DNA of 64,000 nt. Source: an uncultured bacterium (GTDB taxonomy: Bacteria > Babelota > Babeliae > Babelales > JACPOV01). The notes under the pieces are model-generated. The model saw only the letters and a program-made list of their open reading frames with translations, did not search any database and was not told the DNA's origin. Made by a program: the position numbers and the translations under genes. The stretch is from positions 1 through 64,000 of the forward strand of contig CAVUUR010000011.1 in the NCBI GenBank assembly GCA_963744715.1, written 5' to 3'. Below are positions 41,701 to 50,146 of this stretch, one piece after another. Every line of letters starts with the position of its first letter. The stretch's first letter is position 1.

Positions 41701-43084
41701 ATTATTTAAACAAGCTCAAACGTTAGGAAATTTTTTGGCTGAGGGCTATCTTGGAATTATGTATTTGTATAGCAAGGACATACCGGTAGTGGAAAAAGAA
41801 TCGCGACGGCAATATGCGTTAACATCATTTATATCGTTCTTTGATTATCCTATTCTCGAGGAAAGTAGCATAGAAGTCACGGCTTTATTGAATTATTCAT
41901 TACATGGATTAAAAGAAATATGTGGCGATACTTCCGATAATAATAACATTGTGATCAATTATATTGCTCAATATAACTTAATAAATAATTTAATTAAATT
42001 ATATCAATATACCCTATTAAAAGAGTATTTAGACGAGGCAGTTCCTTGGTTTGTTAATTTACAAAAATGTATTGATGACAAAGATTTGATGAGTATGATT
42101 AAAGCAGATGAAAGGGGAAAAAAAGCAATTGAAATGTTGAATATTTGTTTTGAAAATGACCCTTCTAGCGCGGGATGTTTGTATATGGAGCTAGTTAGAA
42201 ATAAACTCGCTAAAAAAGAAGCGCCAATAAAAGAAGATATTGAGCGTTATATAACTATTGCAGATGACTATTTAAAAAAAGCTTTGCATGCAAACAATGA
42301 TCCCGAAGTTGGACAGCATTTAACGTTGCTTGCGTTAGTAAAAGCCGAGGCGTTATCGAAATATGATAATCCTAATTATAAAGAAGCAGATAGATTATTT
42401 GAGGAAGTTTTAAACAGTATGCCTTCGTGTGGAGCGGCCGCTATCGAACGTGCTAAACTATATTTTGATAATAAAATAGGTATGAAAAAAGAAGTTGCTG
42501 TAAAAAAAGGCTTGGAGATTTTGCTTAAAGGTTATGAAGCTGGATGCCGTGAAATATTAATGGCTTTAGGAAATATATACAGGCATGGAACTTGTTTTGG
42601 CTGCTCAATCTCCGTAGCAAAGGATAATAAAAAAGCTCGTGAGTATTATGAAAAGGCATTGTCGGAAAGTAGGTTATCTCCACAAAGTAAGCGATTGGAA
42701 AAAGAAGCTGCTAAAGCACTGATACCTATGTATATTGAAGCAGGAACCATCGATGAGGTTTTCAAGGGAATTAAGGACAAAGAAAAAAGGCTACTAAATT
42801 TGGGAAGGATATGCTTTGATGTGCAGAATTATTCGGAAGCGTTAAAATATTTTCTTAGTAACGATATGCCATTAAAATATCGCAATAAAGCATTAGTTTA
42901 TATAGCAAAAATTTACTCAATAAACAATAATATTACATTGGCAGAAAAGACTCTTGCTAAGATTGAATTTAAAGATGATGATATTGTAATGAATAAAAAA
43001 ATTATAAACCAAATTATATCCTTTAATCTCTGGGAATTATTGAATAAAGTCCAAGAGGAGAAAAAAGCAATCAACAATGCATAG
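38798..43084 (+). CDS. Large exported SEL1/TPR-repeat protein (~1430 aa)
   Basis: Signal-like N-terminus; SEL1-like repeats such as ALGNIYRHG...KDNKKAREYYEKA and AEGYLGIMY. Confidence 0.8.
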   Translation: MNKNFMIGLILHGIIPNGLCMDNQLANTSEQKYTVVSSIDFYENRIYPNNCDFLSFESAKNKILSDDVTKKENASGEMIKLINKSYPPALVYAGMSALTAKKDLDAEYYFKMLSDLGHPVGQEQLGMLYKNAVNPEMKACWLPYVAQAALPRFLGQQYNNGEMNNTVYHHTSAIRTLADHYANVDTTRYDLRYHYTEIAALQEKKGGKWLEALMNMHISNNNFSNAYTFLKNVISNNAESADRKKIAYTHLKELAIVHEYGDAQFFLITKMLNTKNNESDITLSPEDLITIGSCIVQSADKEIIANFFKPGLLGALAHFDKNIRNSSAEQKQDLLTVRGLLAHKSFEYRLVKDDQLATVIDFLKQADQKKPQVLLGLSDIYRYTMQIKEACTTLIGFVEKNDITNAERQWYDKIIVNLFDAIVTEKKSTEAACFLKTIAHNKDNFFTQEDIRILVTIIGAKDYKKLHAYFNEQQDPELWFIVGRTLYEFEKNKLLAQKGNKQLPKKPTKNIKVTGIEYLQKSCAENNPKALLYCLINDIAEKNNGTSKDAAHSRMVLFNKALHIIEQENTYRSQELFLLEQAAESLEKDAFDNADIAYKLSVFYGKEHGDLAINEAKSKKYFTRARKLGNGHALWQEYKSKNEKWIPGEEVALLWDIIKKINGTDTGDLEIRSTITERLSYLATVVPSACYVLAHELLKDSGKKISEGNAEAVVNYINQAEAHISAMQCPSLATLNSIKKTGIIDQAVKLNNGTILFTLGKLYSSRFLKDQASLDDTFRAETWLSENIGIFGNESDRKLLMNIQQTLGAILFNKKRQGEAEKMWLKAIENNIASDNIYTPILLAYSYLKNGENDIEKIQRGIDLLVSKLDNIDDASIYLGNFLIDRPDLVEKVKFPTERIIERLSYLASCYNQEAGELLKKLEKEYTLLPIEEFKREIGYSEDTADAKIIHKLAVAHFFNENSEAAFTLFKQAQTLGNFLAEGYLGIMYLYSKDIPVVEKESRRQYALTSFISFFDYPILEESSIEVTALLNYSLHGLKEICGDTSDNNNIVINYIAQYNLINNLIKLYQYTLLKEYLDEAVPWFVNLQKCIDDKDLMSMIKADERGKKAIEMLNICFENDPSSAGCLYMELVRNKLAKKEAPIKEDIERYITIADDYLKKALHANNDPEVGQHLTLLALVKAEALSKYDNPNYKEADRLFEEVLNSMPSCGAAAIERAKLYFDNKIGMKKEVAVKKGLEILLKGYEAGCREILMALGNIYRHGTCFGCSISVAKDNKKAREYYEKALSESRLSPQSKRLEKEAAKALIPMYIEAGTIDEVFKGIKDKEKRLLNLGRICFDVQNYSEALKYFLSNDMPLKYRNKALVYIAKIYSINNNITLAEKTLAKIEFKDDDIVMNKKIINQIISFNLWELLNKVQEEKKAINNA

Positions 43085-44279
43085 ATATAAGAAAGATTTT
43101 CCGTTATTAAGCAATCGTGAAAATTTTGTTTATTTTGACAACGCATCAACAACGCAAAAACCATACGAGGTTATTGATGCAATTACTGGTTATTATCAGA
43201 ATTACTGCGCTACGGTCCATCGCGGTATTTATTCTTTGGCCGAAGATGCAACAACTCTTTATGAGAATGCACGTAACACCATTGCACTGCATGTAGGTGC
43301 CGATCCTGATGAAATAATTTTTACTAAAGGCGCAACCGAAGGTATTAATTTTATAGCGCAGACATGGGCGCTCGATCATCTTACTGCAGGTGATGAAATT
43401 TTATTGAGCCAATTAGAACATCATTCCAATCTTTTACCGTGGCAGCGCCTTGTGGAGCAACGGGGTGTTCGTTTAGTTTTTATTCCTGTTTTGCCTAATG
43501 GATTATTAGATCTCTCGCAACTTAACAATCTTATTAGTGAGCGAACCAAATTAGTTTCAATTATTCATGTTTCAAATGCCGTCGGTACGCATGTAGATAT
43601 TGTGTCAATTATTAAAGCGGTACAACAGTATGGCGCAAAAGTTTTGATCGATGCATGCCAATCTATTCCCCATCAAAAAATTAATATACATGAGCTGGGA
43701 GCAGATTTTTTGGTTTTTTCAGGTCACAAAGTACTCGGTCCGACGGGTATTGGCGTTCTTTATATAAAAAAAGAGTTGCATAAAGAAGTTAAGCCATACC
43801 AGTTAGGGGGAGGAATGGTTTTTGAAGCGTCATATGGAGCAGCATCTTGGCTTGAATCACCGCAACGATATGAAGCAGGAACGCCGCCCATTGCGCAAGC
43901 TATAGGGCTTGGTGTGGCTTTTCAGTATTTAACAAAAATTAATTTTGATGAATTACAAAAACATGAAGCAGCATTGTGTAGTACACTCATTGAAGGCTTG
44001 CAGGCATTACCAGGATTTATCATCCTGGGTCCCCTTGAACAACTTAAAAAGCAGGGTTCTTTAGTAAGTTTTTATCACAAAACTATTCATGCACATGATG
44101 TTGCGGCATACCTTAATAAGTACTCTATTTGCGTTAGATCTGGTCATTATTGTGCACAACCTCTGGCCAGCACATTAGGTATTGATGCCTCCATACGCGC
44201 TAGTTTTTATCTGTACAATAGCTTAGAGGAAGTTGATTATTTTCTATCAGTATTAAAAAAAATCAACAGCCATGGTTGA
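43077..44279 (+). CDS. sufS: Cysteine desulfurase SufS
   Basis: YFDNASTTQKP, EHHSN, FSGHKVLGPTGIG, EAGTP, RSGHYCAQP. Confidence 0.96.
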   Translation: MHRYKKDFPLLSNRENFVYFDNASTTQKPYEVIDAITGYYQNYCATVHRGIYSLAEDATTLYENARNTIALHVGADPDEIIFTKGATEGINFIAQTWALDHLTAGDEILLSQLEHHSNLLPWQRLVEQRGVRLVFIPVLPNGLLDLSQLNNLISERTKLVSIIHVSNAVGTHVDIVSIIKAVQQYGAKVLIDACQSIPHQKINIHELGADFLVFSGHKVLGPTGIGVLYIKKELHKEVKPYQLGGGMVFEASYGAASWLESPQRYEAGTPPIAQAIGLGVAFQYLTKINFDELQKHEAALCSTLIEGLQALPGFIILGPLEQLKKQGSLVSFYHKTIHAHDVAAYLNKYSICVRSGHYCAQPLASTLGIDASIRASFYLYNSLEEVDYFLSVLKKINSHG

Positions 44280-44451
44280 TGAAATGTATCCGGTGAAGAA
44301 ATATGGTATTGTAAAATATCTAGCCTGTTTTTAAACTTATTTGGCATACTTAAAAAATAAGGTATAGTTATAAAGCGCCATAAGGTGATTAAAAACTGAT
44401 AAAAAATCATGAAAATAGCGATTTTAATGATGGTTGAAAGCAGGTTATGAT

Positions 44452-45147
44452 ATGAAAACAATATATAAGCGCTTATTAATAGGCTTAGTTTTAATAGGGT
44501 GTATTATTGCATTACGCATCAGTGGTATAGGGTCATCAATTAATTTGGCCTTTATACAAAGTCATAAAGAATATCTTAATCAGATGGTTCAGGCGCATTA
44601 TTTTTTTTCAGCGGCGCTCTATATTTTTTTATATGCACTTATTGTTACCTGTTCCATTCCCATTACTATTGTTTTAACCATAGCAAGTGGCTTTTTTTTC
44701 GGTGCTTTACCGGGCGCATTATATTCGGTATGTGGTAGCACTGCTGGTGCAACGGCCTCTTTCATAATATTTCGTTATTTTTTGCGTGGTTTTGTTAAAG
44801 AACGTTACGGAAAATCATTACAAAAATTTAATAATGAATTGAGGAAGAACGGAGCTTCTTATGTTTTGTCACTAGTATTATTACCCATTACACCGTTTGG
44901 TGTCATTACTATTTTATCCGGTTTATCAGATATTTCGGTTATTTCCTTTATAGTTGCAATAGCAGTGGGAACAATACCAGGATGTTTAATTTATGCTTTT
45001 GCTGGAAAGCAATTAATGAATTTGAAAACAGTATCTGATATATGGTCCCTACCGTTTATTCTTTCACTATTATTTTTGGTAATTCTTTCATTACTTCCTG
45101 TTATTATTAGATTTTTTAAACCGAAAAAAACTAGTGCCCTTCACTAA
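44452..45147 (+). CDS. TVP38/TMEM64 (DedA/VTT) membrane protein
   Basis: LTIASGFFFG, GATASFIIFRY, GTIPG. Confidence 0.88.
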   Translation: MKTIYKRLLIGLVLIGCIIALRISGIGSSINLAFIQSHKEYLNQMVQAHYFFSAALYIFLYALIVTCSIPITIVLTIASGFFFGALPGALYSVCGSTAGATASFIIFRYFLRGFVKERYGKSLQKFNNELRKNGASYVLSLVLLPITPFGVITILSGLSDISVISFIVAIAVGTIPGCLIYAFAGKQLMNLKTVSDIWSLPFILSLLFLVILSLLPVIIRFFKPKKTSALH

Positions 45148-45152
45148 GGAAA

Positions 45153-45869
45153 ATGCTGATGAAATGGATTTTTAATCGTCACATGATCGGTGTTTTTATT
45201 GTGGGAGTAGTTATAACATTGAGTGTATATCTTAATGTTATGCAATATCTGAGTATTTCATATATTGTTAATAACATGAATATGCTTAAATCATTAGTAA
45301 CTGATTACTACAGTTGGTCAGTTGGTTGTTACATTATCTGTTTTATCCTGGCTAGTATTTGTTGTTTGCCAGGTTCTTCCATTTTTACCATCATAGCAGG
45401 TCTTTTGTTTGGGGTAATTCCCGGTGTTTTTTATGCTATTATTGCATCAATAATTGGTTCAAGTATTCTTTTTTTAAGTGCGCGATATCTTATTGGTGAT
45501 TGGATTCAAGAACGGTATAAAGACAGGCTTGATGTGATTAATAATGATATTGCATGGTATGGGTATTATTACTTATCAATTATTCGCCTCGTTGCCTTGT
45601 TGCCGTTCAGTTTGGTTACTATATTAAGCAGTTTAACGCTGTTGCCCTTTGGCATTTTTATGCGATCAACGTTGCTGGGAATGATCCCAATGTCATTGTT
45701 ATATACCTTTTTTGGTAGTCAACTTGCACATGTGCAATCGGGTGAAGATATTGTTTCCGGATCTCTTCTGTTTATTATTATTAAAATTATTATTTTACCG
45801 CTATTAATTAAAGCAATGAGAAGAGTGAAGACTCGCTCTGTAGGCCGACAGCCTATGATAATTAATTAA
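45153..45869 (+). CDS. TVP38/TMEM64 (DedA/VTT) membrane protein, tandem paralog
   Basis: LPGSSIFTIIAGLLFG, FLSARY, IRLVALLPF. Confidence 0.88.
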   Translation: MLMKWIFNRHMIGVFIVGVVITLSVYLNVMQYLSISYIVNNMNMLKSLVTDYYSWSVGCYIICFILASICCLPGSSIFTIIAGLLFGVIPGVFYAIIASIIGSSILFLSARYLIGDWIQERYKDRLDVINNDIAWYGYYYLSIIRLVALLPFSLVTILSSLTLLPFGIFMRSTLLGMIPMSLLYTFFGSQLAHVQSGEDIVSGSLLFIIIKIIILPLLIKAMRRVKTRSVGRQPMIIN

Positions 45870-45990
45870 CTACTGTTTTTTGCTTTAATTATCGTATTAT
45901 GAATTGATATACTACATTACAATTAGTTTATTATGTTATTTTTACACTATTGCATGAGATTACTGATATCCTAAAAAAGGAAAAATTAGT

Positions 45991-47709
45991 ATGAAGGTAT
46001 ATAGTTTACTATTGATGACCATGTATTCGTATGTAGCATTAGGCATGGAGAATCCTTATGAAAAAGAATTCGGCACTATAACTACGTATGCCAACTGCGG
46101 AGAAGATGCAGAATTCGCTATAACATATAAAGATATGGTTTTATTACGAGAATCAAAAACTATTGCAGAAATAGTTGATAGTGTAAACGATTTTGGTATC
46201 GATAAACCAAATATTGTCCTTCCTATAGTTTCAGCACAGGAATATCAAAATACGTTTATTCCTTATTTGAGAAAAATACATAATGTCGGCGATGATAATC
46301 AAAAAAAAATCGATCTTAAATTGGAGCTCGTTGAAACTGACTATTCATTGTTATTAAAAATTGCCGGCTATGCGCATTATTTTGATATTTCAGATTTAGA
46401 ACGCTATGCAGTATGTGCACTATCAAAAAAATTAACTAATGAGAAAGGTATGTCTTTATTTTTTAATAATAAAGCTCATTGCCAACAGATATCCAATATC
46501 GTTCCACATCTTAGCCAGAGTTTAGTTTCGCATATAGTTGAGGATGAGCAAGCAGTATTACAAGATTTGTTTTTTCAACCATCTTTTAACTCAATTTTAC
46601 AAAAAACCTTAGAAAATAAAAGAGAAACGTTTGACCTAGTTTTTGGGCCAGATGATTCTTTAGCATGTATGCCACCCGAAAAAACTAGATCTTGTCTTAC
46701 AAAAAGTTTCTTCGTGTGGGAAGGTCAATATACTAATCCGCAAGCAATACAGTCAAATGAAAGACACGGTGTGGAAATTTCATTTTTGTCGAGCATTGCG
46801 CCCATTGCTAGTAGAAATGGTATAATATTGTTAAATGAAAAATTTAAACCATCAAAAATATTTTATTTGTCCAATTTTTGTACGATGTATAGAAATGCGG
46901 AAAGTAATAAAACGCATTTTTTAAAAGATAATTCTAAGGCTGCCATGAACTCCTTAGCAATAAGTCCTTCGAAAGAACTTATTGCTAGTTCAAATGTAAA
47001 TAAGGAAATTTTTGTATGGCGTTATGATGGAACATTAGTTCGATCATGGTTAAAAGATACCGATTCATTTGAAGGGGGTAGATTATCTTTAGCATTTCAT
47101 CCGTATGAACATTTATTAGCAACGGGACGTTGTCAATTGCGTTTATTAGATATTGATGACGGCACTTGGCGAACGGGTGATAAAAGTATACACGGTATTA
47201 GCGGGTTACTTTTTAGTCCTGATGGAAAAATGCTGGTTGCTAGTAGTTCAAATAAAATCTATGTAAATAAGGTTAAGACGTTGCAGAAAAAACGCGAATT
47301 AACCGATGTCAAGCCCCCTATCTGCATAGCATTTAGTAATGATTCATCATTATTGGCTAGTGGTAATTACAATACAATAAAGCTTTGGAACCCAAAAAAA
47401 GGTTACTGTATAAAAACTATTACCTTTACAACTAATATTTCTACATCTGCCCTTGCCTTTAATGCGAATGATACGTTGTTAGCAGCAGGATTTTCTGACA
47501 GCCACAAAATACATGTGTATACCTTAGATAAATTCAAAAAATTTTTAGATGAATCTCGGCGTTTGACGTTGCCACAAATTCTCTTACTGTTAGGCTCGAA
47601 AAAAGCAGGTTCCTCTTTTGATCCGAACGATGAGAAATATGCACACTTCAAAGATTGCTATACCAGTTTAAATCGCATCCGGCGGTTCTTAGGGAAAAAA
47701 AGTAATTAA
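45991..47709 (+). CDS. Exported WD40-repeat protein with a Skp1/BTB-like N-terminal domain
   Basis: Signal ends ALG-MEN; SKTIAEIV...IVLPIVS...AHYFDISDL Skp1-like pattern; WD repeats (FSPDGKMLVAS, LASGNYNTIKLWN). Confidence 0.8.
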   Translation: MKVYSLLLMTMYSYVALGMENPYEKEFGTITTYANCGEDAEFAITYKDMVLLRESKTIAEIVDSVNDFGIDKPNIVLPIVSAQEYQNTFIPYLRKIHNVGDDNQKKIDLKLELVETDYSLLLKIAGYAHYFDISDLERYAVCALSKKLTNEKGMSLFFNNKAHCQQISNIVPHLSQSLVSHIVEDEQAVLQDLFFQPSFNSILQKTLENKRETFDLVFGPDDSLACMPPEKTRSCLTKSFFVWEGQYTNPQAIQSNERHGVEISFLSSIAPIASRNGIILLNEKFKPSKIFYLSNFCTMYRNAESNKTHFLKDNSKAAMNSLAISPSKELIASSNVNKEIFVWRYDGTLVRSWLKDTDSFEGGRLSLAFHPYEHLLATGRCQLRLLDIDDGTWRTGDKSIHGISGLLFSPDGKMLVASSSNKIYVNKVKTLQKKRELTDVKPPICIAFSNDSSLLASGNYNTIKLWNPKKGYCIKTITFTTNISTSALAFNANDTLLAAGFSDSHKIHVYTLDKFKKFLDESRRLTLPQILLLLGSKKAGSSFDPNDEKYAHFKDCYTSLNRIRRFLGKKSN

Positions 47710-47846
47710 TTTTTTTAAGCAAATCTTCCCCTGTATTTATAGAATCTTTCCAAAGAGACAAAATTATTGATTTTTAGGTATAATTTAAATTATAATTACA
47801 ATTAGAGTGTATTTTCTTAACATTAACCTAAAAAAAGGGAATATGT

Positions 47847-48074
47847 ATGTCACATGATAAAAAACATGGAAAATCAGAGCATTCACAAGAAAAAACATCA
47901 AATCAAGAAAAATCATCCGGTCATGAACACGGAAAAAAACATAACCAACATGATCACCATGGTAATAAAGAAAAATCATTTGGCCACGAGCAGAATAAAA
48001 AACAGTCTGGTCAAGGCCAAGGTAGCCAAGAAAAGTTTGGCAATAAAAAAGGTGATGAAGAAGGCGAGTGGTAA
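47847..48074 (+). CDS. Small hydrophilic His/Lys/Gln/Gly-rich protein
   Basis: AAGGGA RBS, 75-aa ORF, followed immediately by a terminator. Confidence 0.75.
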   Translation: MSHDKKHGKSEHSQEKTSNQEKSSGHEHGKKHNQHDHHGNKEKSFGHEQNKKQSGQGQGSQEKFGNKKGDEEGEW

Positions 48075-48076
48075 AT

Positions 48077-48104
48077 AAAAAGGCGGATTTTACATCCGCC
48101 TTTT
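48077..48104 (+). terminator. Rho-independent terminator
   Basis: AAAAAGGCGGAT-TTTAC-ATCCGCCTTTT. Confidence 0.85.
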
Positions 48105-48195
48105 CCTTTTTTGATTACTCTTTTTTGCCTAATATTTTTTTTTGTTTTATCTTTAAGGTATATGTTCTAGTTATGGTACCATTAAAGATAAAAAT

Positions 48196-50121
48196 ATGGC
48201 TGAAGAAAAAAATAAGTTTTATGTAACAACCCCTATTTATTATGTAACGGCCAAACCGCATTTAGGTTCGCTGTATTCTACCTTATTGGCCGATGTTGCT
48301 GCACGTTGGCATATACTGCAGGGGAAAAAAACTTTTTTTTTAACCGGTACCGATGAACATGGTCAAAAAATAGCACAAGCTGCCCAAGCCGCAGGAAAAG
48401 ATCCCAAGGCATTTGTTGATAGCTTTATTGATACCTATAAAAATGTATGGGCTGCGTATAATCTCGATTATACGCATTTTATAAGAACTACGGATCCTGA
48501 ACACATCCATGCGGTTCAAGAATGGATTAGAAAACTTAAGAAACAAGGGGATATTTACAAATCATTCTATAGCGGTTGGTATTGTGTTCCTTGCGAAACA
48601 TTTGTAACGGAAAAAGAAAAACACACTGAGGCTCAAGGGCCATTGTGTCCAACGTGTGGTAGACAAACAAATTTTGTTTCGGAAGAATGTTATTTTTTTA
48701 AATTATCAGCATATCAAGATAAATTATTAGAATTTTATGCACGTAATCCTAATTTTATTACGCCAAAAGAGCGTTTGCATGAAGTGCTTAGTTTTGTCCA
48801 AGCGGGATTGAATGATTTAAGCATTTCCCGTACTACGGTTAAATGGGGAATTCCATTTCCCGATGACCCGGATCATGTTGTTTACGTTTGGGCAGATGCA
48901 TTAAATAATTATATTACGGCCATTGGTTATGGGCAAGAAACCAAGCAGAAAGAATTTGATTTTTGGTGGCCTGCCGATCTGCAGGTGTTGGGAAAAGATA
49001 TCGTTCGTTTTCATGCAGTATATTGGCCGGCATTTTTGATGGCAACCGGACTGGAAATGCCTAAAAAATTATTAGTGCATGGTTGGATAAAAATTGGTGA
49101 ACAAAAAATGTCTAAATCATTAGGCAATGTTGTTGATCCGGAAGTATTGTATCATGACTATGGTGCTGATCCGATACGTTATTATCTGATGCGTCATATA
49201 GCTATTAATCAAGATTCCTCATTTAGCATTGAAGATTTAGAACATCGTATTTCGGCTGATCTAGCTAACGATTTGGGTAATTTACTAAACCGCGTTGTTA
49301 CCTTAGCGCATAAGTATACTATGTATGAAGTGCCAACAAAAACTATATGGTCAGAACAGGCGGTGGCTTTGCGGGGTAATTGCTGGACCATGATCGATGA
49401 ATATAGTACGGCAATGAATGAATATCTGTTTCATCATGCATTGGCAAGTGTGTGGAAATTTATTCATCAAGTGAATAGTTATTTTCATACTAATGAGCCT
49501 TGGAAACTAGCACAATCTGATCCGGAGCGATTTAAGGAAATTATTTCTGCATCATGTAATAGTTTGCGCACCATTGCTGTACTATTGTGGCCAATAATGC
49601 CCACCAAAATGGAAGAATTATTAAAAACAATCGGTAGCGAGAGTTCCTGGCATGGCAATGTTATTGATGCATTAAAAATAAATCGTTGGGATCATCATTT
49701 TGTATTACATCTTGCAAAAAATCTATTTGAAAAACCAGAAAAAAAAGTTCCTATGGAAGAAACAAAAGTAACAGAAAAAGTAGTTAATACTATACCAGAA
49801 ATTTCTATTGAAGATGTTACCAAACTACATATTGTTATTGGTACTATTGAAGAATGTGATATAGTGCCACAGTCAGATAAATTATATCGCATGAAAGTCA
49901 ATTGCGGTGAGTATGGCGTTCGCACTATTTTAGCCGGTATTCGTGCAACGTTTTCTCCCTCCGATCTTATTAATAAACAAGCACCATTTATTGTAAATTT
50001 AAAGCCACGTATGATGATGGGAATTGAATCACAGGGAATGATGTTAGTTGCTCCTCATGACGAAAAGCAAGTTTTGCTAACCGTCGAGCGCCCTGTAAAA
50101 AACGGAACACGATTACGTTAA
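48196..50121 (+). CDS. metG: Methionine--tRNA ligase
   Basis: TTPIYY, HLGS, GTDEHG, YVWADAL, KMSKS, C-terminal tRNA-binding domain (ESQGM). Confidence 0.98.
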   Translation: MAEEKNKFYVTTPIYYVTAKPHLGSLYSTLLADVAARWHILQGKKTFFLTGTDEHGQKIAQAAQAAGKDPKAFVDSFIDTYKNVWAAYNLDYTHFIRTTDPEHIHAVQEWIRKLKKQGDIYKSFYSGWYCVPCETFVTEKEKHTEAQGPLCPTCGRQTNFVSEECYFFKLSAYQDKLLEFYARNPNFITPKERLHEVLSFVQAGLNDLSISRTTVKWGIPFPDDPDHVVYVWADALNNYITAIGYGQETKQKEFDFWWPADLQVLGKDIVRFHAVYWPAFLMATGLEMPKKLLVHGWIKIGEQKMSKSLGNVVDPEVLYHDYGADPIRYYLMRHIAINQDSSFSIEDLEHRISADLANDLGNLLNRVVTLAHKYTMYEVPTKTIWSEQAVALRGNCWTMIDEYSTAMNEYLFHHALASVWKFIHQVNSYFHTNEPWKLAQSDPERFKEIISASCNSLRTIAVLLWPIMPTKMEELLKTIGSESSWHGNVIDALKINRWDHHFVLHLAKNLFEKPEKKVPMEETKVTEKVVNTIPEISIEDVTKLHIVIGTIEECDIVPQSDKLYRMKVNCGEYGVRTILAGIRATFSPSDLINKQAPFIVNLKPRMMMGIESQGMMLVAPHDEKQVLLTVERPVKNGTRLR

Positions 50122-50146
50122 TTACGCAGGTGAAAAAAGGTAGAGA

